This document shows, piece after piece, positions 23,766-35,283 of a stretch of DNA of 64,000 bases. Under the pieces are notes generated by a model that had not been told where the DNA came from, made no database searches, and worked only from the letters and a program-made list of their open reading frames with translations. Each line of letters starts with the position of its first letter. Within the stretch, counting starts at the first letter, position 1. The DNA comes from Octopus sinensis (lineage: Eukaryota), in the NCBI RefSeq assembly GCF_006345805.1, contig NC_042997.1:201128001-201192000 (forward strand). Direction: 5' to 3'. Both the position numbers and the translations under genes were made by a program.

Positions 23766-25092
23766 CACAAGTGAATGTATGTATGTATGTATGATAAGAT
23801 TCAAAAATTGAGCAGAAGGATGACAAAGAGACAAATGGAAAATACATATACAAGACAAATATGCTCTCTTTCCTCATCACTTATTGTCCAAAACTCATTA
23901 CAATTTCATGCCTTTAATATTAAGATACATAGGGTGTGCGTGTGTGTGTATTTATGGCTTCTATTTTGTCATGCCATGTAATAGTCCTAAATTAGTTTCG
24001 TTGTCATACAAGTAGTGTCATTCTCTTCCAATATCTGTAAAATAAGGGGAAATATTATTAACTTGTTTAGAAATAGTGGTGGGGTTTGACAACAGGAAGG
24101 ACATCCAGTTGTAGAATAGCAGCCAAAATAAACTATCTGACACATGCAAGTCTGGAAGTGTGGATGTTAAGATGATGATGATGGTGGTGGTAATGGTGGT
24201 GGTGGTGGTAGTGATGATGATGATGGCGGTAGTGGTGGTGTTGATGATAATGATGGTGAACAATGTGGTTGGTAAGAAAGCTACTTACCACCCAGCCAAT
24301 CCTTTTTGTACCAATATAGTATTGAAACCTCAGTTCTAGCCATGAACCATGAAATTTGGCTTTTATTTACAAGTATACTCGAAAATATTCTTTTCTAATC
24401 TAGGCACAAGGCCCAAAATTTTGGGGGAGGGAGCCAGTTGATTAGATTCCAACCAGTATGCAACTGGTACTTAATGGAAGTGGGATGGTGAGCATTCAAT
24501 GCTGAAAAGAAAAAACAATCAAACAGCGTTTCCACTCTGTGTGCTTATATATGTGTATATGTGTGTGTGTGCAAGGGAAGCATGTGAATGTTTGTATGTG
24601 TGATTATCATGTACCTTATTTAACACCTTATCTATAAAACACAACTATTAGCCATCATTTCTGCCGGCACAAGGCCAGCTACTTACTATTATAAAAACAA
24701 CAAAGCAACATAAAATACTGCTGCATTCATTTTAGTGACTTCTTTGTTTCTCTCCTTTTATTCTTTCACTCATTCCAGTTATTGGACAGGGGCCATGCTG
24801 GGGCATTGGCCTCAAGAGTTTCAGCTGTTCATATTGATCTCTCTACTTACTTCACAATGGTATTTATTAAATCAATCAATATTTATCAAGTGGTTAAGTA
24901 ACCTCTTTGGCTCAACATCAACTTTTTCTTTTAATTGGCAGTGTTGTGTCAAACACATATATGAATGTATATATATATTTAAATGTTTGTTTTTGTGTTT
25001 TGTTCTACCAAAAACAATTTTACATTAATTTAATGTGGTAGTCTATGGTATTGTTGAGTATAAATTTATCATTTTTACTCGAAAAAAGAGAT

Positions 25093-25139
25093 GACAGGGA
25101 CTTCGAAGTTTCAGTCAGCGAAGCCATCATCAAACTGCC
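25093..25139 (-). ncRNA. Degenerate type I hammerhead, unrelated family
   Basis: GGCAGU UUGAUGA UGGCUUCGCUGACU GAAAC UUCGAA GUC CCUGUC; palindromic stem III ACUUCGAAGU; C3 mutated. Confidence 0.55.
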
Positions 25140-25424
25140 GATGATGATGGCTTAGATGGCCAAAACTATGAAATCATCATCAACAGTAAATAGTATTCAG
25201 GTTAAGAATATCAAGAATGTGTGTGTGTGTGTGTATGTGTGTCACATAAAAAAACATCTAGTACACTATAAGGTGGTTGGCATTAGGAAGGGCAAAGAAA
25301 GCAAGCCAAAAGAGACAATTGGAGCCTGTCAAACTCCTGCCAACAGAGAAAATGATGATGATGATACATACATACATACATAAATACATGCATAAATACA
25401 TAAATATATACATATACATATATT

Positions 25425-25672
25425 GAGGAGACCTATTGAGTCAAGTACATCAACATCAAAATAAAAATCAAATGGAAATTGTAGTTGCGATATCCATGCA
25501 CCCACTACACTCACAGAGTGGTTGGCGTTAGGAAGGGCATCCAGCTATAGAAATACTGCCAGATCAGACTGGAGCCTGGTGCAGCCTCCTGGCTTCCCAG
25601 ACCCCAGTTGAACCGTCCAACCCATAGCAGCATGGAAAACGGATGTTAAACGATGATGATGATGATGATATA
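25425..25672 (+). mobile_element. RTE tail (subfamily shared with 47135 and 4654)
   Basis: GAGACCTATTGAGTCAAGTACATCAACATC..GGAAATTGTAGTTG then the conserved tail. Confidence 0.85.
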
Positions 25673-25679
25673 TATATAG

Positions 25680-26935
25680 TAGCAACAGAAAAGAGGAATT
25701 TCGATTATCCCCACGTGGTGAGTTGTAATGTATATAACATATTAAAAAAGGAAAATACGCACACTTACAAAGTTTTAATATAATTTTTAATATATCGACC
25801 GGTTTCACTATCGCTATTCATGATATTATGTTTTACTTATTTGAATATGTATTTTTTCTTAAGAAGAAATTTTGTCCATGTTGTGTGTGATGTGAGGAAA
25901 TTCACGAGTGAATGACTTCACAAGTAGATAAAAAAAGGGAGGTAATTGGTTATCGTTATTATTGTTATTGTTGTGGATAAGGGAGATAACTGTTCAGCTT
26001 TCGGTAATGGGAGGGGAATATATATGTACAAAGACAAGTTTCAAAAACCTTGTTTAGTGAGGGGATTTATGTAGTGATGTAATCGTGAATTGAAATATGT
26101 AAAAAAATAAAAGTTGGTTATGTGTGCATATTAAGACATGTTCTGTATTTTTCAATGAAAAAAGTTTCTTTATTTAAACGTTCTAGTGGAGAGATTGTGT
26201 CTTTGCACTGGTAGAAGGAGAAGACTGTGAAATTCGGTTTCATGTTACCTGCACATTTTTCTATATGTTCACTGAGAGGAATTTGTCTGTAGTGCGGGAA
26301 ACGGATTTACTCTTTATGTAGAGTGGTTCTCTTTCTCAAGGTCATGTTCGTTTGTCCGGTATAGTGGTGTCCGCAACCTGAGGAGGTTATTACATAAATT
26401 AGGTTCCCAGAGGCACAAGTGAAACTAGTTTTAATTGTGAACCTCTGTCCTTGTTTGAAAAGGAAAACCGAGCCTTCAAGCAGATTGGAGCAGGTTCCAC
26501 AGTTTGGGCATCCACATTTTTCAACCGTTGGTTTCGTGGTTTTTTGTAAAGCTTCGCATTTGTTAGTAGTCTCTTTAGCGATTTGTCTTGTTTTTTGCAT
26601 TTGATGAGTTTGTGTGTTTTCAGGATGTCATTCATTTTTGGATCTCTAGTTAGTAAAGGAAGAGTTTGTACAATAGTTTTGAATGCCTCACTGCTTCTGG
26701 GGTTGTGTGTTGATATAAATAGTAATGTTTTGAGTTGAGGTGTGGTGTTATGTTTTGTTGTTCTTAGTGTTTTTGTGTCTAATTGTTTGGCATGTTTAAT
26801 TCCCTCGTCGATAAGTGAGGGTGGATATTGTCTTTCAATAAGCGTTGTTTTGAGGTCTTGAAGACGAAGGTCCTGAGTTGTTCTACCAGACACTATTGTG
26901 CAAATCCTTTTTGCCAAATTGAAAGGGATGTTTAT
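25680..26935 (-). mobile_element. 5'-truncated Penelope-like element (thumb, Cys linker, GIY-YIG, pLTR)
   Basis: ORFs 26399-26917 and 26307-26600; CGCPNCGTC linker; NLIYVITSSGCGHHYTGQT; reads on through one stop to ..ERLNKETFFIEKYRTCLN, stop at 26118. Confidence 0.9.
25792..25826 (-). ncRNA. Degenerate minimal hammerhead in the PLE pLTR
   Basis: AUAUC AUGAAUA GC GAUA GU GAAAC CG GUC GAUAU; stems I-III and the ACCGGU palindrome are intact, the core has two mismatches to CUGANGA. Confidence 0.5.
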
Positions 26936-27132
26936 TCAAAATAAACATCTCTTTCAAGATGAGTGCACACACTAGGCTTGAAGGCAGGCAATGAGTAAAA
27001 GAATGTTCCACACATAATGAGAGAGAAAGTGTCATAGAAATAGGGGAAGAAAAGGAGAGGGAGTAAATGACTAAACAGTTATGGTTGGAGTTCAGATTTT
27101 GCAAAGATAGGTTTCCAATGCTGTAGACTGTG

Positions 27133-27520
27133 AATACGTGGCTGTGTGGTAAGAATTTTGCTTCCCCACCATATGGTTTTGGGGTCAGTTCACCTGTGTG
27201 GCACCTTGGGCAAGTGCCTTCTGGTATAACCTTGGGTCAACCAAAAAGCCTTGTGAGCAGATTTGGTAGATGAAAACTGAAAGAAGCTCATTGTATGTGT
27301 GTGTGTGTTTGTGTCTATGTTTGTCTCCCACCACCACTTGACAACCAGGGTTGGTGTGTTTATGTCCTCAAATCTTACTGGTTTGGCAAAAGCAACCGAC
27401 AGTATGAGTAACAGGCCTAAAAAAACAAACTACTGAGCTTGATTCATTCTACTAAAAACTCTCCAAGACACTGCCCAAGCATGGCCACAGTCTAATGACT
27501 AAAACAAGTAAAAGATAAAA
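27133..27520 (+). mobile_element. SINE-A
   Basis: Head GTGGCTGTGTGGTAAG, CORE-like box, tail AAACAAGTAAAAGATAAAA. Confidence 0.85.
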
Positions 27521-27648
27521 CAGTTGTATATTTAAGAGATGAGGAATTATGTACATTACTTACATTATTTACATTTGACGGATATTTGTCCTCATCTTTT
27601 TTGTTGTTAACACAACGTTTCTGCTGATATACCCTCCAGCCTTCATCA
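27520..27648 (-). mobile_element. Inverted 5'-truncated hammerhead-element end with long tail
   Basis: Breaks inside the core (UGAUGA) at 27648; extends to ..TAAATATACAACTGT. Confidence 0.88.
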
Positions 27649-27765
27649 CTACACCATATGCCCACAGGTATATGGCATAGTGGTTAAGAGAGCAGGCTAC
27701 TAACTCCAGGATTCTGAGTTCGATTCCAGGTGGTGAGCTGAATAATAATAATAATAATAACAATG

Positions 27766-27821
<56 letters not shown>

Positions 27822-27822
<1 letters not shown>

Positions 27823-28156
27823 GGGGAGCATCATAGCCATGTGTTGAGAGGGATTCTTTGGGGTTTGAATAATTCACCTCTGGAAACATGGGTGGTTCTT
27901 TCAACATCCTTAAACAATCCTTATTCAGGGACCTTTTGAGCGGGATGGGCTACTCAACCTGAAGAAAATTCTAACTGGGCCCCACCTGTAAGGTCATGTG
28001 CTGTTTATCTTGATATGAGATCACCATGTCGCACACATATGGTTGTGATGCATGTGCCTAGTGTACCCTTATCAGATGGGTAGTCATGATGGGTATATTG
28101 GGCTTCATATATTTTACCCCAGTGTCACTTTGATGGCATGAACTGCTCTCTCACTC
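27822..28156 (+). mobile_element. 335-bp insertion inside (AAT)n; candidate Dong/R4-like 3' UTR
   Basis: Non-repetitive block flanked on both sides by same-strand (AAT)n; no coding motif seen. Confidence 0.55.
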
Positions 28157-28218
<62 letters not shown>

Positions 28219-28276
28219 CAACCACAACATTGAAAAATACCTTAGGAATGAGAACCCAGGTTTGGAATTTCCCCAT

Positions 28277-28322
28277 GACACCTGATGAAGGCTGGAGGGT
28301 ATATCAGCTGAAACGTTGTGTT
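28277..28322 (+). ncRNA. Type I hammerhead ribozyme, best-preserved copy
   Basis: GACAC CUGAUGA A GGCUGG AGGGUAUA UCAGCU GAAAC GUU GUGUU: full core, 5-bp stem I, 6-bp stem II, palindromic AACGUU stem III. Confidence 0.88.
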
Positions 28323-28664
28323 AACAACAAACAAGATGAGGACAAATATCCGTCAAATGTAAATAATGTAAATACTGTAAAAGATAAAAGTTAAAAAAGA
28401 CATTTATTGCAAATGTACAAATGGGAAATTTGTGTTGCATAATTTTATTTAAGGCAATAAATATTTCCCTTTTGGAAATTTATATCCATTTAATCATTTT
28501 CTATAGACGCAGCAGGAAATTTGATAAGAGCTGAATTATAATTATTGTATGCCTTATTCTCTGATATTTCCCTTAGTGGGAAAATATAATTCTAGAGTTA
28601 CCTGTCATATGACAAGTAACATTCCACTAGGATTGGCACATGCGTGTCTGTACGTGTATATGTA

Positions 28665-28913
28665 CAGTTTGTTCAAAAAATCTCTCCGCAGTGAATATTT
28701 TTCATCTTGACTCTCCAAGATGTATTTCAAAACATGTGTAGAAGAGTCAACTTATGTACTGAAAATGAAGAGTGACACTTTCAACACCTCTTACACTGTT
28801 TTTTTAAAGTCTTGTAAAGTCTAATATATTCTTTTGTAGTCTTCTTATACCATCTTATAAATATTTATTTTGCAATAAAATGGTTACTGCGGAGAGACTT
28901 TTTGAACACCTTG
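28665..28913. mobile_element. Tc1/mariner-type MITE
   Basis: ~28-bp TIRs CAGTTTGTTCAAAAAATCTCTCCGCAGT / ACTGCGGAGAGACTTTTTGAACACCTTG. Confidence 0.75.
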
Positions 28914-29124
28914 TTTATAACCCAAGCAAGCATGTAAGCTAGATGTTAAATTAATGATGACGACGATGATGATAAAGACGATGATAACAATGATGATGAT
29001 GATGATAGCACACAATGCCATGCTAAAAACAAACTGCAGAGATGAACCTAAAATATATTCTGGGCAACAGAACTAATACTCAGAAACCATTTTTTCTTTT
29101 TTATAAGCTTAGAAATTCATTTGT

Positions 29125-29430
29125 TAGCCTCAAGCGAGGTCGTTGCCAGTGCCACTGGACTGACTCCTGTGCGGGTGGCACGTAAAAAACACCATTTTGA
29201 GTGTGGCCGTTGCCAGTACCGCCAGACTGGCCCTCGTGACAGTGGCACATAAAAGCACCCACTACACTCTCGGAGTGGTTGGCGTTAGGAAGGGCATCCA
29301 GCTGTAGAAACTCTGCGAGATCAGATTGGAGCCTGGTGCAGCCATCTGGTTCACCAGCCCTCAGTCAAATCATCCAACCCATGCTAGCATGGAAAGCGGA
29401 TGTTAAATGATGATGATGATGATGATGATT
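29125..29430 (+). mobile_element. RTE tail
   Basis: Modules + conserved tail + (GAT)n. Confidence 0.88.
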
Positions 29431-29765
29431 TTGTCAGAATTTATATAGTTCCTGCATGGGACAAATCTTCAAGAATTCAAAATTACTTGGTCGGCAGTAA
29501 ATTTGGCAAAACCATACAGGGATGGCAACTTCAAATCAAAAATGCAATGTAACCTTTGTTTGTATGAAAAGTTAAGAATTTTGACTCAAGGCAGTAAAAG
29601 TTTGGACAAAAGAATGGAATTCTTAGCACCATGTATGTAAGGGGTTAAGCTTCTTTCATGTAAATACCAGCCTCTTTGAATTTCATTCTGGTTCGGGAAA
29701 AAAGTGTTGGTTTCAAAATGTTTAATTGATATATGTTTAGTGTTTGTGCGTATGTATGTGTGTAT

Positions 29766-29815
<50 letters not shown>

Positions 29816-32115
29816 TAACATAAATAATATATAAACATATGCATATATACATACATATATGTACATACCTACATCTATATGTATATATACATGCATATAT
29901 GGGTACATGACACCAAAAAAACGTTGAACACAATGAGAAATGAAAATATAAAAACAAAAACATGGAAACGAACTATTTTTCAAACAACGAAAAAACAGAG
30001 AAATGAGACATACAGTATTCCCCTTCTTCAGTTGTCCCCGTTTCATCTACTCTGCATTTCGAAGGTAAGGACAAGACGTGACTTCGTTGAAACAGTCCTT
30101 CCCGCAAAGCAAATGAAATAAAATTTGGGATATTTTGCGGTGGGGTAAAAGTGGTAAAAAGAACAGGACAGTAAAAACAATACAAATAAAAATAGTAAAA
30201 GACAGGACAAGGAGAATAACACAGTAAAAACAAATGATGAGAGCTGTTAAGCCAAGACGATGGGAAAATTATTTTGAACGTATTGAAGGGACAGCTCATG
30301 AGAAGGACAGGATAAGCCGTCTTGACTCGTTGAAGATAGCAGTCGGAAAGATGGCTTCCCTCTGGTCACGTGTCAGTGACGAGAGGGAGGAGGAGGAGTA
30401 AGAGAGAGGGAACAGTGAAAGGGAGAGGAGAAGAATAGGGAAGGGTGGGAGAGAAAACCAGAAAGGATGAAGAACAAGGGAGGGAGAGAGACAGACAGAG
30501 GAGAAAAGTTAAGAGTACGCATCATAATCTTTATATAAATAAAACTGAGAATGTGTGTCTGTCTGTATGCGTGTTTCCCTAAAACTTGAGAACTACACAA
30601 GCAATTTTATTCAAATTTTACACATGCCTTACTTAGGGTCCGGGAAGTGTCATCGGCAAAAAAATTTTAACTTTTTGCCTGGGGCGAGCCCACAGCAATA
30701 TCATATCTTCTCCACTACGATTCCCTAAAACTTGAGAACTACACAACCAATTTCATTCAAATTTTACACATGCCTTACTTAGAGTCCATGTAGTTTCATG
30801 GGCAAAAACAATGTTCAACTTCTTGCCTAGAGCGAACCCATAGCAATATCATATCTTCTCCACTATTTCAGTATTACGTGTTAAAAGTGAAACAAAACAT
30901 TTCTCTATTTTATGTCAGATACTTTCACTTTAACAATAAAAATAATAATAACAATTGAATTTTATGTAGTAAGTAATAATTAAAATCAAACTAAAGTATA
31001 ATATAATCGTAACATAACAAAAGTAAAAATAGCAATTGATATAAAATTGCATCAATGACTTGAACTTGAATAAGTGGTTTCACATGAATGGGAATAAATC
31101 AAAAATAAGATTAGCGTGCAGAAATGGAATAGTCCAGATGGATAATAAAAAATAAAATTAAAGAAAAGACTATCTCTTATTATAAAAGACAGATTTTATC
31201 TGCCTCCCTTTGTCTCTTATAGAAATCTACAATATAGGATTTCTTCAATTACAATTTACCTAGCATTTTTAAGAGTAGAATACATCGGGTCGTGCCAGGT
31301 ACAGTTTTTCAAATCCCCCCCACCAATTAAGCAAAATTTCGAGAAAACTCACATTGTGGTGTGTAAGTGAAGTGCTTTTCTTAGTGTGGGCTACAGCACA
31401 CACACACACACACACACAAAAACGGAGCGAACTGCTTCACTCATGCTATCACCCTAATTTCTCCTCCTTTCTCTTTGCAAGTGTACCTTACAACACTACT
31501 AAAAAAAAAAACAGCAAACAGAAACAAATAAATACATAACGATTTACTCCTCACACAATTTCTTCAATTACAGTTTACCTATGATTTTTACAAGTACTTC
31601 CATTCGGTCATGCCATACAAAATTTCTTTCAATTTCACCCCCAATAAAGACAAAATTCGAGAAAACTCAATATTTTAACATTTCACTTCGAAGCCTTTAC
31701 TCTGCTTATTACTCCCACTTCCTCTTTACACACATAGACACGCAAATATATAAATAAAATTGTAAGCTAACGTGTGTGTGTGTGTGTGTGTGTGTGCGTG
31801 TGTGTGAGTGTGTGTGTGTGTGTGAGGGTGCGTGTGTGTGTGTGTGACTCTGTGTGTGTGTGTGTGTGTGACAGGAATGACCCATTCAGACTGGTCATCC
31901 TTTTTGCTAGAAGAAGATCACCTATGCTACACCACTGGTTTTCAGTTCATATTAATCAAATTAATATTCACAAGAAGGACTATTCATTATAATACATCAG
32001 TTCCACACATTTACCCTGGTTCCATTTCGGACAACTGCACAAACATTTGCCATTTGACACATGTATGTAAACAAATTCCTTTCTTAAAAATTTCAATTCA
32101 TTTTCTTTTTCAATT

Positions 32116-32842
32116 CATACAAAGTTATTTAGGATGAATATAAGATCTAAAGTATATCCAAGTAGCAGAAAGATCGCCCAAAAGTGTATATAGATATTTA
32201 AATGTATTTATATATTCATCTATACACACATGTATGTATAATGTGTGTGTATATATTTCCATAGAGGTAACCATTCACTCCGCACAAAGTTTTTTAGGAC
32301 GAAAATAACATCTAAAGTTATCTCTAAGTAGCAGTCGCCCAAAAGTGTATATAGACACACACATGTATGTATAATGTGTGTGTATATATTTCCATAGAGG
32401 TAACCATTCACTCCATACAAAGTTATTTAGGACGAATTGGACGAATATAAGATCTAAAGTATATCCAAGTAGCAGAAAGATCGCCCATACAAAGTTTTTT
32501 AGGACGAAAATAAGATCTAAAGTTATCTCTAAGAAGCAGAAAGATCGCCCAAAAGTGTATATAGATATATAAATGTATTTATATATTCATCTATGCACAC
32601 ATGTATGTATAACGTGTGTGTATATATTTCCATAGAGGTAACCATTCACTCCATACAAAGACTTTTAGGACGAAAATAAGATCTAAAGTTATCTCTAAGA
32701 AGCAGAAAGATCGCCCAAAAGTGTATATAGATATTTAAATGTATTTATATATTCATCTATACACACATGTATGTATAATGTGTGTGTATATTTTTCCATT
32801 GAGGTAACCATTCACTCCATACAAAGTTTTTTAGGACGAAAA
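32116..32842 (+). repeat. 166-bp tandem array (three full and two deleted units)
   Basis: Unit starts at 32116, ~32282, 32414, 32486, 32652 and 32818. Confidence 0.93.
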
Positions 32843-33562
32843 TCTTTATATATAAAAGAAAGGTTGTGTGTCTGTCTACTCCGATTTAGATTCCTAACTA
32901 CTCCCACATTTTGTGATGCAGTTTAACCAAAACCGAGTATCTTATAGTCGTGATTCACACCAATATGCGTGCTCATATGCGACGTAATATCACATCAGCA
33001 GCATTTCCTCACACCCTCCTTGCACTTGGCGAAGGCAAAATACCAGGGGATGAAAATGGTAATATTGCCATCGATTCCATTTATACCATTGTTAAGACGC
33101 CTTCTGATCTCAGAGATGCAGTGTTCCAAGATCTACAAGCTAATTATCAGAATATGGATTGGATTGGCCAAAAGGCTATACTGGCCCCGAGGAATAAAAC
33201 TGTTCACCATATTAATGATGAAATGCTAAAACTCATTCCTGGGGAAGTCTATGTATATCAGTCTATCGATACAACTCCTGACCCACAGGACGTCATCAAC
33301 TATCCTATAGAGGTACTCAATTCCTTTGAGCACCCCGGACTAACACCACACATTCTCAAACTTAAAGTTGGTGCCCCTATAATGCTCATCAGAAATTTGG
33401 TTCCCCCAAAACAATGCAATGGCACACATTTGATCGTTAAGTCCTTATCTCCCAGCGCAAACTTATATCAATATTTGCCTGAATAATCATCATAATTCAG
33501 TGCAATCATTAACAGTACTTTCAAGCAATTCAGCCCCGAGCAACGCTGGGCAATTCTGCTAG
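32843..33562 (+). mobile_element. Complete 720-bp non-autonomous Helitron carrying a helicase fragment
   Basis: A|TC start, hairpin GCCCCGAGCAACGCTGGGC, CTAG|T end. Confidence 0.88.
32950..33486 (+). pseudogene. Helitron PIF1-family helicase fragment
   Basis: LLALGEGK..KAILAPRNKTVHHIN..LKLKVGAPIMLIRNL..CNGT. Confidence 0.92.
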
Positions 33563-34023
33563 TTGTCTATAAAGTATACAATGTAGAGAAAAAAGAAGAT
33601 TTGAACACATGGAGGAAAGCACCTTCGAAAAGTGTCTTGGTGTGACTATGAAAGATATCTAATCAGAGGCGGTAAATTCGCCACAATAGAAGGTTCGAGT
33701 CAACGGAGTGTGCAAGAGAGTACTTGACTCGAACTTGCAAAGTGGAAATATTTTATTTATAGCTTTATATCTGGGACAGAGGACGTCCCGGAAAAAATTT
33801 TAAATGCCCCCCCCCCCCTCCCCGAAGTAGAGGTAGGCTGGATTGTAGCCACACTTCTATACAAGAGGGAGGACAAGATACAATTGATTGAAATTACAAG
33901 AGACGGGCTAACAATTCCAGTCTGTTATATATTTTGAGTATTGTTATCACTAGCGATATCAAGATATAACTTTGTATTTTATGTGTAGATGTATATATAT
34001 AGATGTACATGTAATATGTACAG

Positions 34024-34056
<33 letters not shown>

Positions 34057-34219
34057 TACATGCACTAGCACTATGACCCGGCAACGACGAGTCTTTAATT
34101 CTAGTTATTAAGATAAAACTTACTTGGAAATGAATGCGTGACGTTTGATCATATAATAACATAAATAATATATAAACATATGCATATATACATACATATA
34201 TGTACATACCTACATATAT

Positions 34220-34590
34220 CTTTTTACTTGTTTCAGTCATTTGACAGTGGCCATGCTGGAGCACTGCTTTTATAGTTGAGCAAATTGACCCCAGAGCTTA
34301 TTCTTTGTAAGCCTAGTAGTTATTCTATCGGTCTCTTTTGCCAAAGCACTAAGTTATGGGGATGTAAACACACCAGCATCGGTTGTCAAGCGATGCTGGG
34401 GGAACAAACAGACAAACATACACGCATATATATATATATACATATACAACGGGCTTCTTCCAGTGTCCGTCCACCAAATCCACTCACAAGGGTTTGGTTA
34501 GCCCGAGGCTATAGTAGAAAACACTTGCCCAAGGTGCCATGTAGTGGGACTAAACCCAAGCTACTTACCACACAGCCACTCCTGTGCCTA
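34220..34590 (-). mobile_element. SINE-A
   Basis: Matches 10735-11130 with a short deletion in the head. Confidence 0.85.
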
Positions 34591-34845
34591 TATACATATA
34601 TAAATGTAGAGTAGTGGTATAACAAGTCACCAATATTTACTGGAAATAGCAGTCGATACATTTACAATGCTATAGTAAAGCTTCACTGAGTATATACTGA
34701 CAAAGACATGATGTGAGCGCAGCAAACATGAAAAAATTTGTCTTACTTCTAGGAAGAACATAAGATAAATGGACAACCTTGGTTTCACACTCTTCAAATA
34801 CGATTGTCAACGTAAAGTTGATAAGTCTTCATCAGCCAAATTTAC

Positions 34846-34903
34846 CTGGACAATACTTCAAATGTGGCCTCATCAATGCCAGTATACTCATCTGAATACT
34901 TAG
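34846..34903 (-). CDS. Candidate 58-nt host exon, product unknown
   Basis: Acceptor TTTTCGTTCTGTTACAG and donor CAG|GTAAAT; open in phase 1 (xKYSDEYTGIDEATFEVLS) and phase 0; no partner exon identified. Confidence 0.3.
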
Positions 34904-34937
34904 CTGTAACAGAACGAAAACAGTGAAAAAGTTTTCA

Positions 34938-35283
34938 GTGGCACCTTGGGTAAATGTCTTCTACTATAGCCTCGGGCCGACCAAAGCCTTATGAGTGGAT
35001 TTGGTAGACGGAAGCTGAAAGAAGGCTGTTGTATATATGTATATATATGTGTGTGTGTGTATGTGTTGTATATCTGTGTTTGTCCCCCCCAACATCGCTT
35101 GACAACTGATGCTGGTGTCTTTATATCCCTGTAACTTAGCAGTTAAGCAAAAGATACTGATAGAATAAGTACTAGGCTTACAAAGAATAAGTCCTTGAGT
35201 CGATTTGTTCGTCTAAAGGCGGTGCTCCAGCACGGACACAGTCAAATGATTGAAACAAGTAAAAGAGTAAAAGAGTAAAGAGT
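34938..35283 (+). mobile_element. SINE-A lacking the tRNA head
   Basis: Starts at GTGGCACCTTGGG; full tail. Confidence 0.85.

Larger units (their letters stand above)
27666..28374 (+). mobile_element. tRNA-headed hammerhead element, full length, short 3' end
   Basis: A box TGGCATAGTGG, B box GAGTTCGATTCC, (AAT)n split by an insertion, hammerhead at 28277. Confidence 0.9.
30528..34104 (+). mobile_element. Probable outer non-autonomous Helitron
   Basis: A|TCTTTATATAAATAAAAC..TGTGTGTCTGTCTG start; hairpin GACCCGGCAACGACGAGTC then CTAG|T at 34101-34105; pairing of the two ends is inferred. Confidence 0.55.

Noticed and set aside
27666-27740. Bona fide tRNA genes at the Pol III heads (also 8008, 15960, 41556, 53395)
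   Set aside because: A and B boxes are present but acceptor stems do not pair convincingly, and each runs into a repeat body; these are SINE heads.
29890-30370. Probable interspersed repeat with CTGAAGA and GAAAC motifs
   Set aside because: Motif order and spacing do not fit any hammerhead topology, and there is no second copy in the window to define it.
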